DNA of 64,000 bases from a bacterium (GTDB lineage: Bacteria > UBA8248): positions 3,168,001-3,232,000 of the forward strand of contig OZ241875.1 of the NCBI GenBank assembly GCA_965203325.1, given 5' to 3'. Below the pieces are notes generated by a model. The model searched no databases. It had not been told where the DNA came from and saw only the letters and a list, made by a program, of their open reading frames with translations. Both the position numbers and the translations under genes were made by a program. This document shows positions 28,727 to 43,909 of this stretch, one piece after another (position 1 is the first letter of the stretch; the number at the start of each line of letters is the position of its first letter).

Positions 28727-28836
28727 CACACTTCCCAACTGATCCACTACCAAAATTTTGTGCTTTTCTCGCACCCCAAAATCGCTTATAACCATCTTTT
28801 GGTTTGAATCTTTAAGCATTTGATTCGGGACGGTTT

Positions 28837-32610
<3,774 letters not shown>

Positions 32611-32666
32611 TTTCCTGTCCCCCCGCGAATCCCGCCCGGAAGGATGGCCGCGTTGTGGTTTCCCCG

Positions 32667-32695
32667 TTGACGGCCCGCCCCTGTGCGACTAGATT
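32667..32695 (+). promoter_or_regulatory. sigma70-like promoter for tRNA-Leu/tig
   Basis: TTGACG-17nt-TAGATT. Confidence 0.55.
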
Positions 32696-32786
32696 GAGGG
32701 ACGCGAAATCCCGGCCCGCGGGACTCATGAAGGGCGGTGGATTCGGATACGGATTTGAAGTATAAGCGCTTGTTCGCCAAGGGGCT

Positions 32787-32871
32787 GCGAGGGTGGCGGA
32801 ACTGGTAGACGCGCTGGATTTAGGATCCAGTGCCTTCGGGCGTGGGGGTTCGAGTCCCCCCCTTCGCACCA
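32787..32871 (+). tRNA. tRNA-Leu (TAG)
   Basis: GCGAGGG/CCTTCGC acceptor stem, CTGGA-tt TAG ga-TCCAG anticodon arm, long variable arm, GGTTCGAGTCC, encoded CCA. Confidence 0.96.
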
Positions 32872-32922
32872 AGGATTTTCAGGTTTTTTATATTTTTGTG
32901 TTCTGATACCGGAGAGTGAGGC

Positions 32923-34299
32923 ATGACCGGCACAGTGAGCGACATCGACGCCTGCACGAAGCGCCTCGAAGTCGCCGTCCCGCGCGCGGAGGTCGCCGAC
33001 GAGATAGAGCGCGCCTACAGGCGGCTCTCAGGGCGCGTGAAGATGAAGGGTTTCCGGAAGGGGAAAATCCCCCGCCGCGTGCTGGAGCGTTACTACGGGG
33101 AGGAAGTGCAGGCCGAAGTCTTGAACCACGTGATATCGACTTCCTACCGCAGCCTCCTGGAAGACAAGGGCATGCGCCCGGTGGGCGAGCCGAACGTGAC
33201 CGACATCAATATGGATGACGACGCGCCCGAGTTGACATACAAGGCGACGGTGGAGGTCATCCCCCCTTTCGAACTCGGCGAGTACAAGGGTCTTCATGTC
33301 AAGGTGCGCCGCGGTACGGTGACGGACGAGATGATCGATCAGCAGATCGAGGCCCTCCGGCAGCGGGCCGCCACGTTCGAGGACGTGGACAGGGAGGCCC
33401 GGACGGGGGATTACGTTCTCTTCGACATCGAGGGCTTCGAAGACGGCAACGCCGTGCCCGGCACCCGGGGGGAGAACCAGGCCCTCATGATCGGGGGCGA
33501 TGAGGGCGAAACGGAGTTGAGCGATGCGCTCATCGGCATGAGGAGCGGCGAAGAGACGGACGTCGACATCGACGTTCCCGAGGGCGCCTCGCCCAACATC
33601 GCCGGCAAGAGCCTCCGGTTCCACCTTCATCTCAAGGAAGTGAAAGAAGCGCATCCGCCCGAACTGGACGAGGAATTCGTCAAGTCCCTGGGCCGCGGCT
33701 ATACCAGCACGGAGGATTTAAGGGCCGACGTCGCCAAGGAAATGGAATCGATGGAGGATTCGAATGCGCGCGGCAACGGGATCTCCGAGTTGCTGAAGTC
33801 GCTGCTCGAAGCGCATCCTTTCGAGGTGCCCCCAACACTCGTGCGGGGGGAGGCGGATCAGCAGATTCGCGAATACGAGCGGCGTCTGCGCCAGGAGAAC
33901 CCCGACGTTCAACTCTCGGAAGCCAAAATCGAGGAATTGCGCGAGGAGGTAAGGCCCCAGGCCGAGGAGCGGGTGCGCCAGCTCATTATCGTGGAGCGCA
34001 TCCGCGAGGCGGAGGAGATCGAGGCGAGCGCCGAGGAGGTCGAGGCGCAAATCAACATCTCTGCCGCGCGCTACAGCATGACGCCCGAGAAACTTCGCGA
34101 GCGAATGATGACGACCGGGGCGATGGCCTCGCTCGTCTCGAACATCAACTACAACAAGACGGTGAGTTGGCTTTATGATCAGGCCGACGTGGAATTCGAC
34201 ATTCACGATGCCGCCGAGCATGAGGCGCATTCCCGCGACTCCGATGAGGGGACGGGGGAGGAGCGCTCCCCGGACGGCGATTCGAAAGAGGATGGATAA
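32923..34299 (+). CDS. tig: Trigger factor
   Basis: GFRKGKIP ribosome-binding motif, FKBP domain, upstream of clpP. Confidence 0.95.
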   Translation: MTGTVSDIDACTKRLEVAVPRAEVADEIERAYRRLSGRVKMKGFRKGKIPRRVLERYYGEEVQAEVLNHVISTSYRSLLEDKGMRPVGEPNVTDINMDDDAPELTYKATVEVIPPFELGEYKGLHVKVRRGTVTDEMIDQQIEALRQRAATFEDVDREARTGDYVLFDIEGFEDGNAVPGTRGENQALMIGGDEGETELSDALIGMRSGEETDVDIDVPEGASPNIAGKSLRFHLHLKEVKEAHPPELDEEFVKSLGRGYTSTEDLRADVAKEMESMEDSNARGNGISELLKSLLEAHPFEVPPTLVRGEADQQIREYERRLRQENPDVQLSEAKIEELREEVRPQAEERVRQLIIVERIREAEEIEASAEEVEAQINISAARYSMTPEKLRERMMTTGAMASLVSNINYNKTVSWLYDQADVEFDIHDAAEHEAHSRDSDEGTGEERSPDGDSKEDG

Positions 34300-34302
34300 A
34301 CA

Positions 34303-34953
34303 GTGGCACTCGTACCCATGGTGGTGGAACAGACGAACAGAGGCGAGCGGGCGTATGACATCTACAGCCGCCTGCTCAAGGAGAGAATCATTTTTCTGGG
34401 CACGGCGATAGACGACACCATTGCGAACCTCGTGACGGCCCAACTGCTTTTCCTGGAGGCGGAGGAACCCGACCGCGACATCGCCATGTACGTGAACAGC
34501 CCGGGCGGCACCGTCACGGCGGGCCTCGCGATTTACGACACGATGCAGTACATCAAGCCCGACGTGTCGACCATCTGCATCGGCCAGGCGGCGAGCATGG
34601 GCGCGCTCTTGCTGACGGCGGGGGCGAAGGGCAAGCGCTACGCCCTGCCCAATTCGCGCATCCTGATCCATCAGCCCCTGGGCGGCGTGCAGGGACAGGC
34701 GAGCGACATCGACATCCAGGCGCGCGAGATTCTCCGCATGCGCGAGGAACTCAACGAGATTCTCGCGAGACACACCGGACAGCCGATCAAGCAGATTGAA
34801 AAAGACACCGATCGTGATAATTTCATGACGGCCGAGCAGGCGAAAGACTACGGCCTGCTCGACGACGTGATCATCGCGCGCTCGGACGCATCGGGCATCG
34901 TGCCGGACGTCGGCGGCGATGACGGCGCGAACGAGGAGAACAACGGCTCCTAG
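34303..34953 (+). CDS. clpP: Clp protease proteolytic subunit
   Basis: [31 protein letters not shown]. Confidence 0.98.
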   Translation: MALVPMVVEQTNRGERAYDIYSRLLKERIIFLGTAIDDTIANLVTAQLLFLEAEEPDRDIAMYVNSPGGTVTAGLAIYDTMQYIKPDVSTICIGQAASMGALLLTAGAKGKRYALPNSRILIHQPLGGVQGQASDIDIQAREILRMREELNEILARHTGQPIKQIEKDTDRDNFMTAEQAKDYGLLDDVIIARSDASGIVPDVGGDDGANEENNGS

Positions 34954-35006
34954 ACGGAGGCCGGTTTTGTTTCGCGTAACGCTATTCTCCGAGGGGGAAT
35001 GATTCG

Positions 35007-36248
<1,242 letters not shown>

Positions 36249-36408
36249 GCCATCTACCGCATCGTTTCCCAGTCAGTTGAGCGTTTCGTGAATCTCAGGC
36301 CGCATAATCCATCTTGCGCGGCTTCGGGGGAGTTCGCCTCCCGGTGAGGGCTGGTTGGATTTTTTCACCAGGGGCGTTATTTTTTTGTTTATCTGGGGAG
36401 AGCGCGCG

Positions 36409-36438
36409 TTGACAATGCGCGGGCCGCTTTCCTATCAT
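36409..36438 (+). promoter_or_regulatory. sigma70 promoter for tRNA-Val/thrS
   Basis: TTGACA-18nt-TATCAT. Confidence 0.6.
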
Positions 36439-36464
36439 TTCGCTATACCGGATATGCCGGACGA

Positions 36465-36539
36465 AGGCGCGTAGCTCAGGGGGAGAGCGCTTGCTTGACA
36501 CGCAAGAGGTCGGCGGTTCAAAACCGCCCGCGCCTACCA
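36465..36539 (+). tRNA. tRNA-Val (GAC)
   Basis: AGGCGCG/CGCGCCT acceptor stem, CTTGC-tt GAC ac-GCAAG anticodon arm, GGTTCAAAACC, CCA end. Confidence 0.96.
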
Positions 36540-36633
36540 CTATGGAATGGACGATGAGGCGGGTCGCCGCCGCATCGTGGGGATAGTTCGAGGAACTACA
36601 AGAGGAGCTTGCGGCGTCAGCCGACGCCCGTCT

Positions 36634-38511
36634 ATGTCACAGCAAACCAAGAGTAAAGATTTCCCCAAAGACGCTATCGCGCTGAAGATTGGCGGCGCAC
36701 CCGTTGATTTGAATCGCGACCTTCCCGACGACGCCGAGCCGGAGTTCATCCTCCTCGATTCCGAGGAGGGCCTGGAGATTCTGCGCCACAGCACGGCGCA
36801 CCTCATGGCGCAGGCCGTGCAGGAACTCTACCCGGGCGCGCAGCTCACCATCGGCCCTCCGATCGAAAACGGGTTTTATTACGACATCGACGTCGACGTC
36901 ACGTTCACGCCCGAGGATTTGAAGAAGATCGAGGCGAGGATGAAAAAACTCGCCAAGAAGAAATACGCCATTGAGCGCGAGGACATTTCCCGCGACTATG
37001 CGCTGGACCTGTTCGAGAAGCGGGGCGAGAGCTACAAGATAGAGATGATCCACGACCTGCCCGAGGACGAGGCGCTTTCGATCTACCGCCAGGGCGATTT
37101 CGTGGACCTGTGCCGGGGGCCGCACGTGCCCGGCACGGGCTGGCTGCGCAACTTCAAGCTCCTGAGCGTGGCGGGCGCCTACTGGCGAGGCGATGAGAAG
37201 AACAAGATGCTCCAGCGCATCTACGGCACCGCCTTCGCGACGAAAGAAGGCTTGGCCGATCATCTGCAAATGCTCGAGGACGCGAAGAGGAGAGACCACC
37301 GCGTCATCGGCAAACAACTCGGCATCTTCCTGGTCGATGAGGACGCCGGCGGCGGCCTCATCTATTGGCAGCCCCGCGGCACGACGGTCAAAAAAGTGAT
37401 CGAGCGCTTCTGGGAGGATGAGCACGTAAAGCGCGGCTACCAGCTCGTCTCCATCCCCCACATCACGCGCGACGTGCTTTTCAAGACTTCGGGCCATTAT
37501 GATTTCTACCGGGAAAACATGTATGTCCTGAACATCGACGAGGATGAATACGTCCTGAAACCGATGAACTGCCCGGGCCACATCCTGATCTATCAGCAGA
37601 AGATCCACAGCTACCGCGATCTGCCCTACCGGCTGGCGGAATTGGGCACGGTCTATCGCTACGAGCGAAGCGGCGCGCTGCACGGAATGCTCCGGGTGCG
37701 GGGCTTCACCCAGGACGACGCCCACATCTTCTGCACGCCCGAGCAGGCCGAAGACGAGGTGCTGGGCGTCATCGACCTGGCGCACTTCATGCTGAAGACA
37801 TTCGGGTATGAGGATTTCGAGACCGAACTCTCGGTGCACGATAGTTCTGATTTCAGCAAGTACGCCGGCGTGATCGAGGATTGGGAGGCGGCGGAGGCCG
37901 CGCTGACCCGCGCGCTCGAGAAGCGGAGCATCCCCTACAAGCGGATCGAGGGCGAGGCGGCGTTCTACGGGCCGAAAATCGACATCAAGATGCGCGACGC
38001 CCTGGGCCGCGGCTGGCAGGGACCGACCATCCAGTTCGACTTCAACCTGCCCAAGCGCTTCGATCTCAACTACGTCGGTGCGGACGGCGCGCGCCACAAG
38101 GTCGTCATGATACACAGAACCGTCATGGGTTCGATGGAGCGTTTCGTGGGCGGGCTGATCGAACACTACGCGGGCGCGTTTCCCACATGGCTCGCGCCCG
38201 AGCAGGCGCGCATCATGACGATCACCGACGATCACATCCCCTACGGCCGCGAGGTGGAGAGCAAGCTTCTCGCCGCCGGTTTCCGGGCGGAGGGGGATTT
38301 CCGAAACGAGAAGATTGGGTATAAAATAAGGGAAGCCCAGAGAGACAAGATACCGTACATGCTCATCCTCGGCGCGCGCGAGGCGGAAACGGGAGAAGTA
38401 TCTCTCAGGCTTCGTGAACAAGGCGATTTGGGGTCTATTTCATTGGAGGAACTTATGCAGAAAATGCGAAGCGACATCGATACGAAATCACTCACCGCGG
38501 GAGCGGTCTGA
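36634..38511 (+). CDS. thrS: Threonine--tRNA ligase
   Basis: RHSTAHLMA, DLCRGPH, KPMNCPGH, YRYERSG.LHG..RVRGFTQDDAH, FYGPKID. Start inferred at MSQQ. Confidence 0.97.
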   Translation: MSQQTKSKDFPKDAIALKIGGAPVDLNRDLPDDAEPEFILLDSEEGLEILRHSTAHLMAQAVQELYPGAQLTIGPPIENGFYYDIDVDVTFTPEDLKKIEARMKKLAKKKYAIEREDISRDYALDLFEKRGESYKIEMIHDLPEDEALSIYRQGDFVDLCRGPHVPGTGWLRNFKLLSVAGAYWRGDEKNKMLQRIYGTAFATKEGLADHLQMLEDAKRRDHRVIGKQLGIFLVDEDAGGGLIYWQPRGTTVKKVIERFWEDEHVKRGYQLVSIPHITRDVLFKTSGHYDFYRENMYVLNIDEDEYVLKPMNCPGHILIYQQKIHSYRDLPYRLAELGTVYRYERSGALHGMLRVRGFTQDDAHIFCTPEQAEDEVLGVIDLAHFMLKTFGYEDFETELSVHDSSDFSKYAGVIEDWEAAEAALTRALEKRSIPYKRIEGEAAFYGPKIDIKMRDALGRGWQGPTIQFDFNLPKRFDLNYVGADGARHKVVMIHRTVMGSMERFVGGLIEHYAGAFPTWLAPEQARIMTITDDHIPYGREVESKLLAAGFRAEGDFRNEKIGYKIREAQRDKIPYMLILGAREAETGEVSLRLREQGDLGSISLEELMQKMRSDIDTKSLTAGAV

Positions 38512-38512
38512 T

Positions 38513-39244
38513 ATGGCGTCGCGCTTTAGAGGACGGGATATTCACCCGACGGCGACAGGCCCCAGAGCCAACCGGAACATCCGCGTTCCGATGGTGCGGG
38601 TCATCGACGAGGACGGTCAGCAGCTCGGCGTACTCCCCGTGGAAGAAGCGGTGGAGGTCGCAGAGGACAGGGATCTGGATCTCGTCGAGGTGTCTCCCAA
38701 CGCGGACCCGCCCGTTTGCAAGATCATGGACCTGGGCCGCTACAAGTACACGCAGCAGAAAAAGGCGCAAGAGGCCAAGAAGAAACAGCGCGTGGTGGAG
38801 GTGAAAGAGGTCAAGCTTCGCATCAAGATTGAAGAGCATGACTACGCGATCAAGAGAAGACACGCGGAGCGGTTTTTGAACGACGGCAACAAGGCGAAGG
38901 TCACCATCATGTTTCGCGGTCGCGAGGTGACGCACCCCGACCTGGGAAGGAAGCTGCTGGAAAGAATGGCGAACGAGCTCATCGAAATCGGCACGGTGGA
39001 GCAGTTCCCCAACCTGGAAGGCCGCAACATGACGATGGTTATCGCGCCGAAATCGACAAAACCGCCCAAAAAGGATACAACGCCCCGGAAGAAATCGGGC
39101 AGAAAAGCGGATGACGTCTCGACGGACGACGGGAAATTGACGGCTCCCCTGGCGGAGGCGCTCAAGGAGGCGGACATTCAAATCAGCCCGGCTGAAGGGG
39201 CGGATGACGGAAAACCCGAAGGAGAAATGAAAGAAGATGCCTAA
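38513..39244 (+). CDS. infC: Translation initiation factor IF-3 with a C-terminal extension (alternative ATT start at 38540)
   Basis: [46 protein letters not shown]. Confidence 0.95.
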   Translation: MASRFRGRDIHPTATGPRANRNIRVPMVRVIDEDGQQLGVLPVEEAVEVAEDRDLDLVEVSPNADPPVCKIMDLGRYKYTQQKKAQEAKKKQRVVEVKEVKLRIKIEEHDYAIKRRHAERFLNDGNKAKVTIMFRGREVTHPDLGRKLLERMANELIEIGTVEQFPNLEGRNMTMVIAPKSTKPPKKDTTPRKKSGRKADDVSTDDGKLTAPLAEALKEADIQISPAEGADDGKPEGEMKEDA

Positions 39245-39434
39245 GATGAAGACGAACCGCGGAGCGGCCAAGCGTTTCAAGATAACGGCCACGGGCAAAG
39301 TGAAGCGGAACCGCTCCCATCACCGTCATATCCTGACGAAGAAGACGACGAAAAGAAAAAGAGAACTCCGCCACAGCGTCATCGCGAATCCCACGGACGC
39401 GAAGATGATCAAGCGACTGATACCTTATATGTAG
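39237..39434 (+). CDS. rpmI: 50S ribosomal protein L35
   Basis: [21 protein letters not shown]. Confidence 0.97.
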   Translation: MPKMKTNRGAAKRFKITATGKVKRNRSHHRHILTKKTTKRKRELRHSVIANPTDAKMIKRLIPYM

Positions 39435-39513
39435 CCTTTCGCGGAAATGGTGATGGTTTCGCCCAAGGCGTGCGGACGAGCCCGCGACGTCATTTCGCCG
39501 GAGCAAAGAAAAG

Positions 39514-39663
39514 ATGAGCAATCCGGTGGGCCAGTTGAATGACTTCATCAAGTCGATCCTGGGCGGGGTCGGGTCATTCGTAGGTGAATATCCTTACGCT
39601 GCAGGGGCCGTCCTTTTCCTGGCCATCATTCTCAGACGCACCATCAAGCGCGCCCGTAGGTAG
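39514..39663 (+). CDS. 49-aa small membrane protein between rpmI and rplT
   Basis: MSNPVGQLNDFIKSILGGVGSFVGEYPYAAGAVLFLAIILRRTIKRARR; GGAG upstream; hydrophobic segment followed by a basic tail. Confidence 0.55.
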   Translation: MSNPVGQLNDFIKSILGGVGSFVGEYPYAAGAVLFLAIILRRTIKRARR

Positions 39664-39806
39664 AGCGCCCTTTTTCTGGCGCCTTGGGCTTGCGGTCATC
39701 CGGCTGGGCGGGTATATTCCCCCGGTCGGTGGCGCGAGTTCGAGGTAATTCGAGGCGGCCTCCGAGGAACTGGAATAAAATCATCGATTGAGGGAGTATC
39801 CGAATC

Positions 39807-40163
39807 ATGCCGCGTTCGAGAGGAAATCCGGCTGCCAGGGAACGGCATCGCAGGCTTCTGAAGGAAGCGAAGGGCTATCGCGGCGCGCGCTCGAAGAGGT
39901 TCCGCTCCGCGCGGGAAACCGTGCATCGCGCACGCGCCTATGCCTATCGTGACCGCCGGGTGCGCAAGCGCGAGTTCAGGCGTCTTTGGAATGTTCGCAT
40001 CAATGCAGCGGCCCGTCTGCACGGTCTCAATTACAGCCGTTTCATCTGGGGGCTGGGCCAGGCGGGTGTGGAAGTAAACCGCAAGATTCTGGCCGAATTG
40101 GCGATAGAGGATCCCCAGGCATTCGGCAAACTCGTGGAAATTGCCAAGGCGCAGGCCGCCTAG
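39807..40163 (+). CDS. rplT: 50S ribosomal protein L20
   Basis: [42 protein letters not shown]. Confidence 0.97.
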   Translation: MPRSRGNPAARERHRRLLKEAKGYRGARSKRFRSARETVHRARAYAYRDRRVRKREFRRLWNVRINAAARLHGLNYSRFIWGLGQAGVEVNRKILAELAIEDPQAFGKLVEIAKAQAA

Positions 40164-40186
40164 AGCCGGGCGAGAAAAGGTGCTTC

Positions 40187-40217
40187 AGGCTCCACCCTGC
40201 CGGGTGGAGCCTTTTTT
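40187..40217 (+). terminator. Intrinsic terminator after rplT
   Basis: AGGCTCCACCC-tgcc-GGGTGGAGCCT-TTTTT. Confidence 0.85.
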
Positions 40218-40255
40218 ATGCGGCCCCCCGAATGAGTGGAGATGAAGGAACGAGC

Positions 40256-41368
40256 ATGAGCGAAGATTTGCTTGTCGGCATTATACGTGAATCCTCCAGC
40301 GCGTTGTCGGACGCCTGGGTAGCGCGCGACGCCGGGGCGGCCGAGGGGGTGCGCATTCGCTACCTGGGCCGCAAAGGCGGTGAACTCAACGAGGTGATGC
40401 GGGGACTCAAGGATTTGTCCGCCGATGAGAAGCGCATCGTCGGCCCGCTGGCCAACTCGGTTCGCACCTACATCGAGGCGAGCGTTTCGGCCATCAAGGA
40501 AGATGACAAGGATAAGATAATCGAAGCGCATCGTGCCCTCGGCGCGCGCCTGAGAAGCAGGGAAGAAGGCGGCGCGTTGGGCGAGATGATCGAGCAAAGG
40601 GGGAGCGAGATTCTCGCCGCCGGGGATGCCGCCGACACGCCGCGCTCGCGGCTTGATCTCACGATTCCCGGCCGCGCGCCGCTCATCGGCCACGAGCATC
40701 CCCTCGTGCAGACGATGGAGGATTTGATCGAGGTGCTGACGCGCCTGGGCTATTCCGTGGCCGAAGGTCCGGAGGCGGAACTCGATTATTACAACTTCGA
40801 GGCCCTGAACATCCCCAAGGACCATCCCGCGCGCGACATGCAGGATACGTTTTATCTCGCCGGCGACGCCCTTTTGCGCACGCACACCTCGCCCGTCCAG
40901 ATTCGGGTGATGGAGAGCCAGCCGCCCCCCGTCAAGGTTATCGCGCCCGGCAAGGTGTTCCGTTGCGATGCGGACGTCACCCATTCGCCTATGTTCCACC
41001 AGATCGAGGGCCTCTATGTGGATGAGGGCGTGACGTTCGCCGATCTGAAAGGAACCCTGGAAGCCTTCGTGCGTGAAATCTTCGGACCCGAGTACCGCGT
41101 GCGGCTGAGGCCCAGCTTCTTCCCGTTCACCGAGCCGAGCGTCGAAGTGGACATCGCCAGCGATTATGTGGCCGGTGGGGAGTGGATGGAGGTTTTGGGC
41201 GCAGGCATGGTGGACCCGGCGGTCTTCGAGGCGGTGGGGTACGACCCCGAGCGATGGACCGGGTTCGCCTGGGGCCTGGGCGTGGAGCGCATCACCATGC
41301 TGCGTTACGGCATCAGCGATATTCGCCTTTTCTTTGAAAACGACTTGAGAATGCTGCGGCAATTTTGA
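40256..41368 (+). CDS. pheS: Phenylalanine--tRNA ligase alpha subunit
   Basis: NFEALNIPKDHPARDMQDTFY, LRTHTSPVQIR, FPFTEPS, GLGVERITML. Confidence 0.97.
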   Translation: MSEDLLVGIIRESSSALSDAWVARDAGAAEGVRIRYLGRKGGELNEVMRGLKDLSADEKRIVGPLANSVRTYIEASVSAIKEDDKDKIIEAHRALGARLRSREEGGALGEMIEQRGSEILAAGDAADTPRSRLDLTIPGRAPLIGHEHPLVQTMEDLIEVLTRLGYSVAEGPEAELDYYNFEALNIPKDHPARDMQDTFYLAGDALLRTHTSPVQIRVMESQPPPVKVIAPGKVFRCDADVTHSPMFHQIEGLYVDEGVTFADLKGTLEAFVREIFGPEYRVRLRPSFFPFTEPSVEVDIASDYVAGGEWMEVLGAGMVDPAVFEAVGYDPERWTGFAWGLGVERITMLRYGISDIRLFFENDLRMLRQF

Positions 41369-41401
41369 GTGGAAGCATTAGAAGCGCGATGAGGAACCCC
41401 G

Positions 41402-43813
41402 ATGCGGATTAGCCTGGAGTGGCTCGCCGATTTTATTGATTTGGACCTGGAAGACCCCGAACTGCCCGAACGCCTGGCGAACGGGCTTTTGCTCGCGGGT
41501 CTGGAGGTCGAGGCGCTCGAGCGGCCCGAGGGGTCATTCGACGGGCTGGTGGTGGCCGAGGTCTTGTCCGTGGAGCCTCATCCCAACGCGGACAGACTCA
41601 AACTCTGCCGTGTCGCCGATGGAGCGGGGGAGCGCTCCGTGGTGTGCGGTGCGCCCAACGTCGAAACCGGGCGGCGCGTCGTCCTGGCGAAGCCCGGGGT
41701 GCGGATGCCGGGGGGGATGAAGGTCGAAGTCGCGCGCATTCGCGGGGAACAGAGCGAGGGGATGATCTGCTCGGAGCGCGAACTCGGTTTGGGCACGGAT
41801 CACAGCGGCATCATGGTGCTCTCGGGCGCGCCCGCAGTCGGCAGCGACGTTGCGGAGCTTTTGGGTCTTAACGATGTGATTTTCGACATCTCGATTACGC
41901 CGAATCGCGCGGATTGCCTCTCCGTTCTGGGCGTGGCGCGCGAGGCGGCGGCCCTCTTGGGAACCTCGCTCAGAGCGCCCGATATCTCCGTCGAAGAGGA
42001 TGAGAATACATCCGCCGCTTCGGTCTGCGGGGTGGAGATATGGGATCCGGACAAGTGTCCGCGCTATGCCGCGCGCATCATCCAGGGCGCCGAGATCGGT
42101 CCCTCGCCCGGTTGGATGGCGCGGCGCTTGAGAGCAGCAGGGATGCGGCCGATCAACAACGTGGTCGACGTGACGAACTATGTGATGCTCTCGCTCGGCC
42201 AGCCGCTCCACGCGTTCGACTTGCACCGCCTCGCCGAGTACAAAATCATCGTGAGAAGGTGGGCCGAGAGCGACGGCCCCTTCACTACGCTCGACGGACA
42301 GCAGCGCGCGATGGACGATGAAGACCTCATGATTTGCGACGGTGAAAAACCCGTCGCCATCGGCGGCGTGATGGGGGGTTTCTTCTCCGAGGTGAGCGAC
42401 GACACCCGCGACATTCTTTTGGAGAGTGCTTATTTCACGCCCCAGACCATCCGCCGCACCCGCAGGCGTCTGGGGATGTCGACGGAGGCGTCGTATCGTT
42501 TCGAACGGGGGGTGGACCCCTCGGGCACCGTTCGCGCGGCGGATTTGGCCGCCGAACTCATCCGCCAGACGGCGGGCGGCGCCGTCGCCCGGGGTGCGGT
42601 GGACGCGCATCCGGCGCCCATTGCGCCGAAACAGGTGCCGATTCGGGTGGCGCGCGCATCGAGTCTGCTCGGCGTATCCCTGGACGTCCCCCGGGTGAGG
42701 GAGAGCCTCGAATCCCTGGGGTTGCTAGTGAGTGATGCGAAAGACGGCGTTTTCAGCGTCGAGGTCCCCACCTTCCGGCCCGACATCGAACGCGAGATCG
42801 ACCTCATCGAAGAGGTGGGCAGAAGGGTGGGCTACGAGAACATTCCCGCCACCCTGCCTGCTTCGGGAAACCCCGCTGCGAGGCCGACGCGCGCCCGATC
42901 CCTGGAGCTTCAGGCGCGCCGGACCATGGTGGCCGGCGGATTCAGCGAGGCGCTCAACTACAGCTTCGTGAGCAGGGAGGCTCTCAAGAGCATGGGGTGG
43001 CTTGACGAGCAGATGGTGGCGCTGCGCAATCCCCTGAGTGGTGAGATGGACGTGCTCAGAACCACTCTGCTTGCCGGTTTGCTGGCGAACGTGGCGCACA
43101 ACCTGAGCCGGGGAGTGAGCGAGATCCGCCTGTTCGAGTTGGGACGCTCGTTTCATCCCGTGGATGGAGAAGCCTTGCCGGAGCAGGTGCAGCGCGCGGC
43201 CGGCGTCGTCGTCGGGAGCGCGGCGTCTCAAGACGGCGTCTCGCTTCCCGGAGCTTTGTCCGAACTCAAAGGGGTGCTCGAGCGCTTCCTGGAATCATTG
43301 GGGCTGGAGAACCTCCTGTTCGAGCCGGTGGACGCCGCTCCGGGTTGGGAGCCGTCGGCGGCCTCCCGGGTTCTCGTCGGCGAGGCGGCGCTCGGCCACG
43401 TCGGTTTGGCGGCGCCCGAGGTGTTGGGTGTCTTGGATATCGAGATGGGCGTGGCCGCTTTCGAAATAAACCTCGCTTCCTTGGCCGGGATGGAACCTGC
43501 TCCCCGACGCCTGACGCCCCTGCCGAGGTACCCGGCCTCGCTGCGCGATCTGGCGGTGGTGGTGGATGCCGCTCGGACCAATCGGGAGATCGAGGAGATC
43601 ATCCGTCACTCGGGTGGAGACTGGCTGGAGTCGGTGGATTTGTTCGATGTCTATCAGGATGCCGCCTTGGAGGCTTCGGGGGAGAAGAGCCTGGCGTATT
43701 CGCTGGTGTTCCGGCATCCCGAGGCGACCCTCACCGATGAGCAGGTCAACGAGGCGTTCGATGGAATCGTCGGGGCGTTGGGCGCTCGTCTGGGCGCGCG
43801 GCTTCGCTCGTGA
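41402..43813 (+). CDS. pheT: Phenylalanine--tRNA ligase beta subunit
   Basis: HPNADRL, VCGAPN, ITPNRADCLS, GQPLHAFD, RFERGVD, RDLAVVV. Confidence 0.97.
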   Translation: MRISLEWLADFIDLDLEDPELPERLANGLLLAGLEVEALERPEGSFDGLVVAEVLSVEPHPNADRLKLCRVADGAGERSVVCGAPNVETGRRVVLAKPGVRMPGGMKVEVARIRGEQSEGMICSERELGLGTDHSGIMVLSGAPAVGSDVAELLGLNDVIFDISITPNRADCLSVLGVAREAAALLGTSLRAPDISVEEDENTSAASVCGVEIWDPDKCPRYAARIIQGAEIGPSPGWMARRLRAAGMRPINNVVDVTNYVMLSLGQPLHAFDLHRLAEYKIIVRRWAESDGPFTTLDGQQRAMDDEDLMICDGEKPVAIGGVMGGFFSEVSDDTRDILLESAYFTPQTIRRTRRRLGMSTEASYRFERGVDPSGTVRAADLAAELIRQTAGGAVARGAVDAHPAPIAPKQVPIRVARASSLLGVSLDVPRVRESLESLGLLVSDAKDGVFSVEVPTFRPDIEREIDLIEEVGRRVGYENIPATLPASGNPAARPTRARSLELQARRTMVAGGFSEALNYSFVSREALKSMGWLDEQMVALRNPLSGEMDVLRTTLLAGLLANVAHNLSRGVSEIRLFELGRSFHPVDGEALPEQVQRAAGVVVGSAASQDGVSLPGALSELKGVLERFLESLGLENLLFEPVDAAPGWEPSAASRVLVGEAALGHVGLAAPEVLGVLDIEMGVAAFEINLASLAGMEPAPRRLTPLPRYPASLRDLAVVVDAARTNREIEEIIRHSGGDWLESVDLFDVYQDAALEASGEKSLAYSLVFRHPEATLTDEQVNEAFDGIVGALGARLGARLRS

Positions 43814-43821
43814 TGGTTTCC

Positions 43822-43850
43822 TTGACACCGCATTCCCCCGAACCTAGAAT
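43822..43850 (+). promoter_or_regulatory. sigma70 promoter for zapB-zapA
   Basis: TTGACA-17nt-TAGAAT. Confidence 0.7.
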
Positions 43851-43909
43851 TATCCCCAAGCATTGCGGAACTCATTTTCGTGTCTTGCGCCCGTGGAAAG
43901 ATTGTCCGA

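Larger units (their letters stand above)
27394..28760. mobile_element. Inverted-repeat-bounded low-GC cassette without a transposase
   Basis: Left end CAAAATTTTGGTAGTGGAgCAGTT; right end (reverse complement) CAAAATTTTGGTAGTGGAtCAGTT, 23/24 identical. Confidence 0.65.

Noticed and set aside
28761..28836. SAM or cobalamin riboswitch upstream of metH or the MetE-like gene (23867-23948)
   Set aside because: The leaders are short and show no recognisable aptamer motifs.
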